Shown one piece after another: positions 1 through 9,960 of a DNA stretch of 64,000 bases (the first letter of the stretch is position 1; each line of letters begins with the position of its first letter). The notes below the pieces were generated by a model. That model had not been told where the DNA came from. It did not search any database and saw only the letters and a list, made by a program, of their open reading frames with translations. Source of the stretch: Giardia intestinalis (Eukaryota); assembly GCA_000002435.2 (NCBI GenBank), contig CM018791.1, one strand, 5' to 3'. The position numbers and the translations under genes are program-made.

Positions 1-64
1 ACAGCCAGTTTCTACCTACACAAAAACTCAAAATTCAAAATTTGAGGCAAAGTCACGTGTTGCC

Positions 65-2371
65 ATGGTTATCTCCTCCCCCTCCCAGGTGCTGATTAAG
101 GCTGTGGATGACAAGAGGACGAGGTCGACCGCCTGCAAAGGAAACTGCCCCAAGTCAGGAAAGATTGGTACCGTCGAAGACCTGGAGAGGGTCATCGCAG
201 ATCTAGATAGATGCATAGGATTTGCAGACATCCACCGCATTATTGCTAGCGACGTTGCTGATATACGGTATGTAGTCCCGTGGCTTCAGCGCGAAAACGT
301 GTTAGGACAAGCAAGTCGACTTCTTTCTTCTTCAGAGTTGGCCGCCTCCTCTTTGTGCACTAGAAAACGGTGTGCCAAGATGTATCTTATATTATTCTCT
401 GTCTGCGTGATGCTGCATGACAAACGATTACAGTCCAGTGTCCTTGAATCTCTAACGACAGTGAGTTTGTGCTTTGACTTACTTATCGGGGCTCATGTAA
501 ATCTATACAGAATGAGGTCGCTGGAAGATAGCGGAAGATTCTCGCCCGAGATGTCAACTATCCTTGAGCGGCTAATGGGGCTGGATGAATTTGTGCATGA
601 ATTTGATCGTCTTGGGCTCTTTGAAGACTATCAAGGAAGAGAGACCGAACATGCCCCTAGAAGGTATACTCCACCACCAGTCCCAGCAGAGTATTCGGTA
701 GTGGTTTATGTTCATAGAAATTCCTCCTCTCCAAATGGGTGTAGTAATCCTGTCCGGGAGCCTACAATCAAGAAGGATATCCCGACTGAAAAAGAAACTA
801 CACCGATGCCTTTGGCTGATCATCCTCCGTTCAACTTTCACTTGCTAAAGACGAATGCATTGAGCACATTCGACTTAGGTGTGTACTCCTTTCTATCAAC
901 ACTGCGGTTTCATATATATCAAGATCTCCTTCAGCAGACTAACAAAGAGCGCCTCCTAGAGCAGGACATCCGGCGGTTTCAAAAGCTCTTTAGCCTTCTG
1001 GTCTACGTTAACAGGGATACAAGTAGTAAGGAGGTGTGCGAATATTTGGAGCAGCTCTTCGAGACTATCTCCTCACTCATCACATACACACGAATCTGCA
1101 GGTTTATCTTCGAGGTAGCGGAGTCACATCAGTTCTCAACATCGGAGATACCGATATCGTGCCTGACATCACGTAACGCCAAGACACGTATCTTAGCGGC
1201 AACCAAACCCTCAGTCAAGACCATCTCTCAATCCCTACGGAACATAGCAGCAGCAATAGCGGCTTGCACCCAGCAGATGCTTCAGTTTGTATCCTGGGTC
1301 GTACTAGAAAATCCGTGGCATGCTGCAGACTACCGCACAGAACATACTGCTTTGGACGCGGCTTCTAGAGTATCATGGTTGTTCCAACGGGCTTATGAAA
1401 AGATGCTCTCCCTCATAGAAGAGATCTTCATGTGTAGAGCTTGCCTATGCTTTACGATATTCCAGGTTGACGAGGAGTTGGTCAAGAATCTGACAGATGA
1501 CCTTCAGTATGACTCTACGATGATATCATACACGCTAGACGACGAAGGACAGCCCCCAAAAGAAGACGGTATTGAATACGAATTGCTCAGAAGCCTGTAC
1601 TGTACGGGAGAAGACGCGCTTCTGGAGTCGAAGGGAGTTCATGCTGCCGTAACAAGCAACATAGACTGCTCAGCTTTATATGCCAGGAAATCGGGAGAGA
1701 AGGGCCAGATTATCATCCAGCTCTATGGCCTACTCCCGCAACTCCTCTATGGCCTGCTGTACTTGATGAATCTGACCAACATGATGCTCCCGGGGTCGAA
1801 TCCTTCACGGGTTAACTCTGTTATCCAACTCATAGAGCCAACTGGGCTTATAATTACAACAATTTTCAGCGTGCTACAGCAAAACAACAAGTCCTTCTGC
1901 AGAGCGCAGTTGGGAGGGATATCCTTGTTCCTTAAGAGATTTTCGCAAGCTATCGAAGCCGTCCTGTCCGCTGTCCATACAGCATCACGATCTATCTATA
2001 AAAGAATCCGGACCTCCCAAAATAACCTCAATGACAATACCCGTATGGAGGCATACACTGCCATCATAAACACTGCGTTCAGGGTGCTACAGAATATGTT
2101 CGAGGCTGGCGTTGTCGTGCTTGACCAAAAGCTTCTTGTAACGGGGATCCGATATGTAACTTCATTTGTATCTCCCAAATCGTTCTGTGATGCTTGCCGC
2201 ATTTTAGTGCACCTTCTTCCATACAAGGAAATGCGAGAGTTTGCCGAGTGCTACACATTAGATGGAAAATCTGTTGGAGAATATTTAATCGAGCGGACCA
2301 GGCCTACAATAGCAGATTCTGCTTGTCTAAACTCTCTCGACGCCTTGCTTTTTCTCATCAACAATAGGTAA
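65..2371 (+). CDS. hypothetical protein (768 aa), no recognisable domain
   Basis: Long uninterrupted ORF with ATG verified at 65 and an AT-rich tract (caaaattcaaaatttgagg) just upstream. Ends 8 bp before the convergent RNAP gene. Confidence 0.55.
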   Translation: MVISSPSQVLIKAVDDKRTRSTACKGNCPKSGKIGTVEDLERVIADLDRCIGFADIHRIIASDVADIRYVVPWLQRENVLGQASRLLSSSELAASSLCTRKRCAKMYLILFSVCVMLHDKRLQSSVLESLTTVSLCFDLLIGAHVNLYRMRSLEDSGRFSPEMSTILERLMGLDEFVHEFDRLGLFEDYQGRETEHAPRRYTPPPVPAEYSVVVYVHRNSSSPNGCSNPVREPTIKKDIPTEKETTPMPLADHPPFNFHLLKTNALSTFDLGVYSFLSTLRFHIYQDLLQQTNKERLLEQDIRRFQKLFSLLVYVNRDTSSKEVCEYLEQLFETISSLITYTRICRFIFEVAESHQFSTSEIPISCLTSRNAKTRILAATKPSVKTISQSLRNIAAAIAACTQQMLQFVSWVVLENPWHAADYRTEHTALDAASRVSWLFQRAYEKMLSLIEEIFMCRACLCFTIFQVDEELVKNLTDDLQYDSTMISYTLDDEGQPPKEDGIEYELLRSLYCTGEDALLESKGVHAAVTSNIDCSALYARKSGEKGQIIIQLYGLLPQLLYGLLYLMNLTNMMLPGSNPSRVNSVIQLIEPTGLIITTIFSVLQQNNKSFCRAQLGGISLFLKRFSQAIEAVLSAVHTASRSIYKRIRTSQNNLNDNTRMEAYTAIINTAFRVLQNMFEAGVVVLDQKLLVTGIRYVTSFVSPKSFCDACRILVHLLPYKEMREFAECYTLDGKSVGEYLIERTRPTIADSACLNSLDALLFLINNR

Positions 2372-2378
2372 GACACTG

Positions 2379-5300
2379 TTACACAGAATCTTCGAGCTGC
2401 ATACGAACAAGCACACCCATAGAGATGAGCTCCTGGATCATCAGCTTTGCAGCGTATGGGATGCGTATCTTTACAACGTCCTTTCCGGATTGACAAGTTG
2501 GGCACCACAGGACGCCATTTTTTTCATAGCTAAACAGGCCGCAAGTCTCGCATACGTAGGCAAGAAAGTCATCAGATGACAACATGAACCGCTCTAGTAG
2601 CAGGGCGGATGCCCCATAGGAAATAGCACAGTCCCGCTCCATCTCCCCCATTCGCAGGCCTCCGTGTACACGCCTTCCTTCGGTCGGCTGTCGAGTAAGC
2701 ATTGTTATGGGTCCTGTACCCCGAGAGTGTATTTTATCTTTTACCATGTGCTTCAGCTTCTGATAGTATATGGGGCCATTAAAGATGTAGACAGGTATCA
2801 CGTCTCCGGTAAGTCCTGAGTAGAGGACGTCCTTTCCGCTGTAGCTAAACCCGGCTACACGAAGACTGTCATAAAGCTCAGCAAGAAAGGTCTCGTCGGT
2901 CTTTGTGCGGAAGCATGTCCCATCAGTCTGTTCGCCTCTAAAGCAACCCGACTTGTTACTGAGCAGCTCAAGTAGCTTTGCAACGGTCATGCGAGAGGGA
3001 TACCCGTGCGGGTTCATAATTAAGTCCGGCACAATCCCTTGGGAGGTGAACGGCAAGTCGGACTGTGGTACGATAAGCCCACAGACACCCTTCTGTCCGT
3101 GTCGACTGCTGAACTTATCCCCTACCTCTGGTCTTCGGGGCTCTCGCGTCAGCACCTTTATCAACATGTTCCCGTCCCCGTTTGTAGTCACCAATACCTT
3201 GTCTACATACGTTATAGTTTCTAGAGGAGACTTAAGGGACTCGGGCGCCTTGATCAACGATGCTGTGGCTTCTGTTCCATCCGACAACCCTGGAATATTG
3301 GTGATGTGTCTCCCCTTGTTTATGACTATGTCTCCTGTCTTCAGATGGGCTCCAACAGCACACAGACCATCATCCTCTATGGCATGATAGCCCTCATATT
3401 GCTTTAGATGGTCCTTCGGTGGCCCTAAGAGGATATCTTTTATCCCATCGACGGACTTGGAGCCAATGGAATTGAGCTCAGTGGAGACTGAGCGATAGAT
3501 GCTGCAGCGTCCAAAGCCCCGGTCAATGGCGTTTCGATTTAGTATTAGAGCGTCTTCTATGTCAAAAGACGAGTAGCTCATAACACAGACAGTAGCGTTT
3601 TGGCCGGCTGGGAGCCTCTCATACCCCGTGAGTTTCAGAATCTTGGTGCTTGTGAGAGGTTGTTGCGGGTAGTCTAGAAGAAACATTGCTGTTTCGAAAC
3701 GCTCAAGTTGGTTGAACGCAATGGCCCCAGACGCCTGCTTCCCCATACTGCACTGGTAGCAGTTTCTTGGAGACTGGTTGTGATGTGGATAGGGGATAAG
3801 GCCAACGACGTAGCCTAGAAGGGTATAGGATTCGATTTCACAATGAGTATGCTGTGGCGTCAGATCTTTAGTGTCCATTGCAATATAGGCATTTTTGGCC
3901 TCGTTAACGTCGAGGTACTCCACTTTCCCCTCATATATCAAGTCCACAAAGCACTTTTGGTTGTCCACTAACAGCTCTATGTCGCTACGCGTGAGCATTA
4001 GCTTCCCGTTCTCCACAATGAGCAAGGGCCTACACGCACGTCCTGAATCGCAGTTGATGTACACGGCTTGATGCTCATCGTTGAAGTGAAAGCTCGTTAA
4101 GTAGCTGATATAACCTCTGCGTCTGAATGTGCGCAAGGTAATAATAAACCCCTTAAGCATATCCTTAGCAATAACTCCCTTTATTGTGCCGTTTAGAAAT
4201 ACCATATAACCGTACCCCAGAGAAAAGGTGTCTCCAGACCAACATGATGCCAAATCCTCAACCCCTATGCTCATCAGGAGCTTCGAGATTGAGTCGGTAC
4301 TCTCGTCCTTGGATATCCGGGCCATTATTGAAAGGTTTTTAACAATCCCGACGGATTCTCCCTCCGGAGTATCAGACGGACAAAAGATTCCCATTTGGCT
4401 AAAGTTGAGCATACGAGGTCCAGAGCTCTTCATCGCCTTATCAAATGTGGACGACAGTCTGGTAACCTGGCCCAGGGCAGAGATATACGATAACCTCGAA
4501 AGAATTTGGGACACGCCCACTCTGTCTACCCCTATCTTTTCTATCTTCCAATTGCCCGTAGATATTGCGGAGTTGAAGGCCCTGGTGATGATGCTAGGGT
4601 CAACCAGCGAGACTATGTCATAGTTTGTAAGGTCTGTGCCACGATTTCTATCTGATCGTAGAACGCTATCCACCTTTCTGACCATATGAGCCAAAAGGGT
4701 CTTGAATGCATCATCGAAAATGAGCTCTAAGAGGTCTCCAGCAGTCTCAATCTTCTTATTTCCTACAAAGTCTTTGCTGTCTCCCTTTATCACGCCAAAA
4801 TCAAATAAAATGGCTCTGCGAATCATTGTAGCAAGATAGACAGCTTTAGGAAGCCAGTTGAACCGCGCCGTGTTGGTCAACGACGCAGCAGACCCAATGG
4901 TTGAGGCTCCCGTTGATGCCCCACCGCCCGATACTGATTTTGCTGTAGCATTGGCACTTCCACTTCTACCACCACCAATGGTAGCGGTACCTACGTCTGC
5001 GCCTGCACTTACACTAGAACCTGCAGGTGCAGATGCCTGTGGTAGTACGTGCTGTGCTGCCTGTTGTAAATTTAACCGTTCGACTACTGGTATGTGTGAG
5101 AGGACAAAGTGGGCAAGACAGTCGCGAGCTGATTCAACGGAGGCCTTTGCTGCCGTGGCGACTGGCGATGCCGAGAAGTTAGCATTGGCATTTGTATAAG
5201 TTCGAACAACTATGCGATCTGCAAGGTACTTAAGTGCCTGTTCTTGAGTGTATATCTTATCGTTACTACACTCCTGAACGCTCAAAGACATGTAGTCAAG

Positions 5301-6095
5301 GAAGAGCTGGTCCGTGCCAATCAGAGATAGAACTGTCACATCATTAACAAACCCCATGGCCTTAAAGACTGTAACAATGGGGATGGGCTTCTTGTTGAAC
5401 TTGTTATGAATCAAGTAAAACTTCTTGTTCTTGTAGAGCACTGCACAGCGAGACTTGCGCTCGGTGGTGTTCGACGCCACAGTGACCTCTACGTTTCCAT
5501 CTGCGTTTCGTCCTAGAACAATCCTATTCATCGTCATTTGCTCTGCCAGAAGAATGGACTTCTCTGCACCGCGCACAATGAAGTAACCCCCGGGGTCATC
5601 GGGACACTCCTGGAGAAATGCCTGCTGCTTGCGTGACTTGTTAGTCAAAATACACCGATTGCTTCTTAGCATGATTGGTATGTAGCCGATGCAAATCTCC
5701 TTGTAGTACTGCACAGAGCTCTTGTTAGAAGCTTTACATCTGACATCAATTGTTATAGGGGCAGCGTATGTCATATTGCGTTGACGACACTCGTGTGGGG
5801 TCAACCCAACGCCACTGCCCGCGGAAGAACTTGACAGCTTGGAAGAGCCCTGAGAAACCTGCTTCACATCCACCTTCTCTATCCGCAAATGAAACTGCGG
5901 ATGCTTGGCTACTACAAGAAGAGAATTTTCCTTGATTATGGCTGGTATGGTGACGTCCAGCAGATGATTAAAGCTATCCAAGTGATGCTTGGTGATGCTT
6001 TCTGTCATCAGATAGGAGTGTATTAACCGCCACCGGTCCATAGCGACTGAGTGAACGGGAGAATCCGGCGAGGGGATTCCCAGGGGCATTTTCAT
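2379..6095 (-). CDS. RPC2: DNA-directed RNA polymerase second-largest subunit, best match Pol III RPC2/C128
   Basis: Conserved RNAP beta-like motifs are present: HLDSFN, PHECRQRNMTYAAPITIDV (closest to RPC2 PHECRLRDMTYSAPITVD), GEMERDC and a C-terminal Cys zinc ribbon. Track ORF 2379..6128 begins with GTG; the first ATG codons are at 6095 and 6089 (MKMPLG...). Contains a lineage-specific Gly/Ser/Ala-rich insertion. Confidence 0.85.
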   Translation of the reverse strand: MKMPLGIPSPDSPVHSVAMDRWRLIHSYLMTESITKHHLDSFNHLLDVTIPAIIKENSLLVVAKHPQFHLRIEKVDVKQVSQGSSKLSSSSAGSGVGLTPHECRQRNMTYAAPITIDVRCKASNKSSVQYYKEICIGYIPIMLRSNRCILTNKSRKQQAFLQECPDDPGGYFIVRGAEKSILLAEQMTMNRIVLGRNADGNVEVTVASNTTERKSRCAVLYKNKKFYLIHNKFNKKPIPIVTVFKAMGFVNDVTVLSLIGTDQLFLDYMSLSVQECSNDKIYTQEQALKYLADRIVVRTYTNANANFSASPVATAAKASVESARDCLAHFVLSHIPVVERLNLQQAAQHVLPQASAPAGSSVSAGADVGTATIGGGRSGSANATAKSVSGGGASTGASTIGSAASLTNTARFNWLPKAVYLATMIRRAILFDFGVIKGDSKDFVGNKKIETAGDLLELIFDDAFKTLLAHMVRKVDSVLRSDRNRGTDLTNYDIVSLVDPSIITRAFNSAISTGNWKIEKIGVDRVGVSQILSRLSYISALGQVTRLSSTFDKAMKSSGPRMLNFSQMGIFCPSDTPEGESVGIVKNLSIMARISKDESTDSISKLLMSIGVEDLASCWSGDTFSLGYGYMVFLNGTIKGVIAKDMLKGFIITLRTFRRRGYISYLTSFHFNDEHQAVYINCDSGRACRPLLIVENGKLMLTRSDIELLVDNQKCFVDLIYEGKVEYLDVNEAKNAYIAMDTKDLTPQHTHCEIESYTLLGYVVGLIPYPHHNQSPRNCYQCSMGKQASGAIAFNQLERFETAMFLLDYPQQPLTSTKILKLTGYERLPAGQNATVCVMSYSSFDIEDALILNRNAIDRGFGRCSIYRSVSTELNSIGSKSVDGIKDILLGPPKDHLKQYEGYHAIEDDGLCAVGAHLKTGDIVINKGRHITNIPGLSDGTEATASLIKAPESLKSPLETITYVDKVLVTTNGDGNMLIKVLTREPRRPEVGDKFSSRHGQKGVCGLIVPQSDLPFTSQGIVPDLIMNPHGYPSRMTVAKLLELLSNKSGCFRGEQTDGTCFRTKTDETFLAELYDSLRVAGFSYSGKDVLYSGLTGDVIPVYIFNGPIYYQKLKHMVKDKIHSRGTGPITMLTRQPTEGRRVHGGLRMGEMERDCAISYGASALLLERFMLSSDDFLAYVCETCGLFSYEKNGVLWCPTCQSGKDVVKIRIPYAAKLMIQELISMGVLVRMQLEDSV

Positions 6096-6157
6096 TGCTC
6101 CTGTCCATTCATTTAATTTAAGTGGCACAGAAAAGCTTGAAAACTAACGCGTTCACT

Positions 6158-8362
6158 ATGTCAGATGCAGATGACGCTACCATCGAGCAGGCTCTCTGCA
6201 CTGAACCACTTGATTTACAGGTGGCCATGCCGCATATTAAACGAATTGTAAGTAAGGATTTCAACGCTCGCGAAAACATTATTGAGCTCCTTCAGCGTAG
6301 AGGGGCTGAGATCCTGCGGAATATCCTCAAAGCAGACGGCCTGCTCAACTCCACTGCTGACTGCTGGAAGCATGTCGTCCTGTTGGCCATACTAATTATT
6401 AAGTACTCGACATCCTCGTCTCTTGTCTACCTCATACAGCTCCTCCCTGACCGAGCGGCGAAGCTGGGTTCTGGGACCGACGGAGAGCATTATGCAGTAA
6501 GGCATATGTCACAGATTTTGGAGTTCTATATCCGCAAGCTTGTCTCTGACTCTATCTCCAGGTTTCCAGTGCCTCCTGAGGGCACAGAAGGAGATTCGTT
6601 GGTTACCTGGAAGACAGAGCTGGCGTACGTTCGGCCAGTGATTGCTCTTCTCCTCGCTGTGATAACCAGCAAGCAGGGCGAGCATGCTAATGTGACGGAA
6701 ATAGAGCCACTTCAAGAACGGGATATGTGCACAGGGTACATCTCTATGTTATCCCTCCTTCTCATATTCGAGGCTGGCAAGCGCACGTTCGTCGAGGCAG
6801 ACGGGTTCACTGTCCTAATGATGGTTGCTGCACAAACTCAGTCCATCCCGGTAGTGACTGCCATTCTGACAGCCTTCCACAGCTGTATTTTCAACCTTGT
6901 CGACAGCGTCAACGAAGAACTGGATGTCCCGGCCGCTGACTCCGCTTCTGGAGATTGCAATCCTAAGCAGACCACAGTGTACAACCTAGTGGTGGATGCA
7001 TTTGCCTTTGTGCGTCCTCACGAGCTTATTGAGTCTGTATATGAGCGCTTCTACCGTCTGCACTACGTACCAAAGCAGCCCATCTTTACCGAGGACCAGC
7101 TGAAGCAGCAGCTCACCGAGCTCACCTTTTCGGTAGTCTTACTGTTTCATGACTGTGCCCTCCCAGAAACAACTGGCTTCGTGACAGGGGAGAATCTGCT
7201 CTTCATTGCGCAATACATAGTTTCGGTTACCAAGGGTGTTAGCTTGTCAAAGCCAGCGCTGTGGCAGTCCGATGGGTCGCTCGCCACGTTTAATGCCAAG
7301 GTCAAGGGAGGATTAGAGGCACTTATGCGGCTGATCAGTTTGCACACAGAAACCCCCACGGCCATTAGGATTCTGATAAACGGATACAACCATGAGACTA
7401 AGGAGCATGATTCAGTGCAGTCCCAAGGCCCTGTTGCGGAGGACAAGTCAGTGGATGTTGAGGGTGGGGAAGAACCTCTCAGGAAGGCTGAGATGCCCGG
7501 AAATATTGACTTTCTCCGAGCTGTGGTTAACGCTGTCGCTGTCACTGACTGCTCAACGCTTGCTGGGACGCTGTTCTCCTTCCTCTCTCTCGTTGCATCG
7601 TACTCTTGCTGCTATAGTCGAAGATTGATAATACCACTGGAGTTTACATCCTATGAGAGGATTCTAAGATGGGTGAGTGCGTATGGCTCCTACATTCTCG
7701 GCGGGCACGCTGAGACGACAAAAATAATCCAGAACATGGAGGATACGTGCCTGGTCCTTGTGTGGCTGGTCGAGAACTCCTCTTCTGACAACGAGGAGGG
7801 TGCAGATATCGAAGAAGTGGCATCTAAGACGCTAACTCGCAATGAAATATGGGCCCGCCTTTCCATCAAGCAGGAGGCCCATGGAGTGCTGATGCTGGCC
7901 ATGGCAATGTCTGTCATCAAAGGTCTTGTGCCCACACTGACTGGTCTATTATCTGTTATCTCGTGCTTCATGGGCACCGATGGCTATTTCGTTAGACTCC
8001 TTACCGTCTTTAAAGAGAAGAAAGTAGAGATATGCAATTTCCTTGTTGATCTCTGTGCCAACCTAAGCAAGCAAGGCGCGTTCTGCTACGTTGTCTGCAA
8101 TAACATACTCAAAGGAATGTCGTCACTTCCAGATGCATTCTCATCGGTTGACGTCAACCAGTTGGCGGACGCGCTTCTCCCCCTGGGCTTCAGCGACGGC
8201 GATGACGACGTTCTGATGAAGATTGTTAACAGTTACGAGGAGATTCCTCCCGTTATAAAGGAATCTTGTAAGAAGATCTTGGCAATCATGGATGCTGTGG
8301 ACGGTGAAGAGATGGTGGCAAGGTCAGAGCCCTATGCCAGCCAGCCTGCAGCCGTTGGATAG
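6158..8362 (+). CDS. hypothetical protein (~734 aa)
   Basis: Track ORF 6122 starts at GTG; the first ATG is 6158 (MSDADDATIEQ). Divergent from the RNAP gene with ~62 bp between starts. AGTAAAT lies 4 nt after the stop. Confidence 0.55.
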   Translation: MSDADDATIEQALCTEPLDLQVAMPHIKRIVSKDFNARENIIELLQRRGAEILRNILKADGLLNSTADCWKHVVLLAILIIKYSTSSSLVYLIQLLPDRAAKLGSGTDGEHYAVRHMSQILEFYIRKLVSDSISRFPVPPEGTEGDSLVTWKTELAYVRPVIALLLAVITSKQGEHANVTEIEPLQERDMCTGYISMLSLLLIFEAGKRTFVEADGFTVLMMVAAQTQSIPVVTAILTAFHSCIFNLVDSVNEELDVPAADSASGDCNPKQTTVYNLVVDAFAFVRPHELIESVYERFYRLHYVPKQPIFTEDQLKQQLTELTFSVVLLFHDCALPETTGFVTGENLLFIAQYIVSVTKGVSLSKPALWQSDGSLATFNAKVKGGLEALMRLISLHTETPTAIRILINGYNHETKEHDSVQSQGPVAEDKSVDVEGGEEPLRKAEMPGNIDFLRAVVNAVAVTDCSTLAGTLFSFLSLVASYSCCYSRRLIIPLEFTSYERILRWVSAYGSYILGGHAETTKIIQNMEDTCLVLVWLVENSSSDNEEGADIEEVASKTLTRNEIWARLSIKQEAHGVLMLAMAMSVIKGLVPTLTGLLSVISCFMGTDGYFVRLLTVFKEKKVEICNFLVDLCANLSKQGAFCYVVCNNILKGMSSLPDAFSSVDVNQLADALLPLGFSDGDDDVLMKIVNSYEEIPPVIKESCKKILAIMDAVDGEEMVARSEPYASQPAAVG

Positions 8363-8365
8363 ACT

Positions 8366-8372
8366 AGTAAAT
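8366..8372 (+). promoter_or_regulatory. AGTAAAT putative polyadenylation signal
   Basis: Matches the Giardia-type AGTRAAY poly(A) signal, immediately 3' of the stop at 8360-8362. Confidence 0.35.
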
Positions 8373-8415
8373 AACCCTGAAAAGCTAGATTTTTTAATCT
8401 CCCGCCTCAGCCACA

Positions 8416-9951
8416 ATGAGCCGCGCCACAGGGGTTCTGTTGGGCCCACATGAGGCTGAGATCAATGGAGAAAGAGTCATAAGCGCTGCGTGCTCCGATG
8501 GAGCGCAATTCAGAAGGCTGAGCATGGCATGGAGCTCGGCAGCAAGATTCCTTTCAGACACTCCTTCTGTACTTCCTCTTGAGAGTATCAATGGCAATCC
8601 GCAAAATCAGTCGATATACATCCGATTTAGGAAGATGAGCGGAGTATCTATGCAAACACTACTTCAACGGCATCAAAGTGCCAACCTCCCCTTCTCAGAG
8701 GAAGTGCTCCGCTCATATGCACTCCAGCTATTGACAGGAATATCTGCTCTCGAACGACTCAATTTCTGCCCGACCGTCTCACTTGATACCATACTCGTCT
8801 CTTCTAGCTTCTCTACCGATCCGTGCAACGCTTCCATGGATGATGCGCTAGACTACGCCGGTCTGCTCATTCACGGAGAGTGCTTCTTAACGTGTTATGA
8901 TCCAATTATTTCGACGGGGAAGAGTACTAGGGACTACGATCTCCACCCCCCTCCTCTGGTGTCTTTTTCTCGTGTTTTTGATGAGCTTTGCAAACTTCAA
9001 AAGCAGGACACATGTGCTGGCAGTGTGCCATATCGTGTGAGCTCCAAACCTGGCTCAGGGTATTCAAGGGAACTGCGGGTGCTCATGCGAGCTTGTTCTC
9101 AGGAGCATTCTGCATTGCGCCCATCTGCATACCATGCTTTGCAGTGGTTTAAACGGATTCATGCTGGGGTTGACCTCAGTTGTGTCAATGGTATTCCGAC
9201 CGTGTTCAGTATTACTCCAAGGGTGTCTCGCTCGCCCAGCCCGGTACGTAGTCCGAGTCCTAGCAGACTCGTCTCCCACCCAGACTATCCCGCACTATTG
9301 GGTAGCCAGCGCTGTCTAAGAGCCTATCTTGATAGTGAGCCTGACAGAAGTCTCGTTGAGGACCTCCTCGAGACGGCTGTTGCAAGAAGAAGTGTGATGG
9401 GGATAACAACTATTTCTGATCATTCAAGAAGGAAACAGGTCTTTGCCACTATCAAGCCTCGGGTGGGTGTTGCCGTTATGCGGGAGACTGCTCTTATGGC
9501 AGCGACCCGTGCTAATAATAGTGAAGCCGTACAACATATCTTAAAGACGTCTCCAGAGCTTCTGTGTTCAATACATTGTGGAGATACTAGTCTGCGGATA
9601 GCATCCAGACGAGGTCTGTTTTCTATAGTCCGCCTGCTGTTAAGTGAGCTTGGCATTCGGAGCCCTGCCGGCTGGACCGCGCTGATGTCTGCTGCACGAC
9701 ATGGTTATGATGACATAGTGAGGCTGTTACTCCCGGAGGCCGGAGCACAGTTACAGGATGGCACATCTGCGTTGATGCTTGCGTGCAGGTATGGCCACGC
9801 AAATTGTATAAGAGAACTGCGTGCCGTGGAGAAGAACCTGACAACAACCAATGGAAGCTCTGCCGTTGACTTCATTGCGGAGTCGTTTCACAACGGTACC
9901 CTGAGTAACGCAACAAGACAGAAGTGTCTAGATGCGCTAGCTGGTGAGTAA
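8416..9951 (+). CDS. NEK-like degenerate (pseudo)kinase domain fused to C-terminal ankyrin repeats
   Basis: ATG verified at 8416. The N-terminal half has kinase-like C-lobe remnants (YALQLLTGISALERL, SRELRVLMRACSQEHSALRPSA) but lacks HRD and DFG. The C-terminal 33-aa ankyrin repeats include TALMAATRANN and WTALMSAARHGYDDIVRLLL. AGTAAAT overlaps the stop. Confidence 0.6.
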   Translation: MSRATGVLLGPHEAEINGERVISAACSDGAQFRRLSMAWSSAARFLSDTPSVLPLESINGNPQNQSIYIRFRKMSGVSMQTLLQRHQSANLPFSEEVLRSYALQLLTGISALERLNFCPTVSLDTILVSSSFSTDPCNASMDDALDYAGLLIHGECFLTCYDPIISTGKSTRDYDLHPPPLVSFSRVFDELCKLQKQDTCAGSVPYRVSSKPGSGYSRELRVLMRACSQEHSALRPSAYHALQWFKRIHAGVDLSCVNGIPTVFSITPRVSRSPSPVRSPSPSRLVSHPDYPALLGSQRCLRAYLDSEPDRSLVEDLLETAVARRSVMGITTISDHSRRKQVFATIKPRVGVAVMRETALMAATRANNSEAVQHILKTSPELLCSIHCGDTSLRIASRRGLFSIVRLLLSELGIRSPAGWTALMSAARHGYDDIVRLLLPEAGAQLQDGTSALMLACRYGHANCIRELRAVEKNLTTTNGSSAVDFIAESFHNGTLSNATRQKCLDALAGE

Positions 9952-9960
9952 ATAGTATCG

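Noticed and set aside
4858-5199. 113-aa plus-strand ORF inside the RNAP gene
   Set aside because: It is antisense to the Ala/Ser/Gly-rich insertion of the RNAP subunit, and its low-complexity codons avoid stops on the opposite strand.
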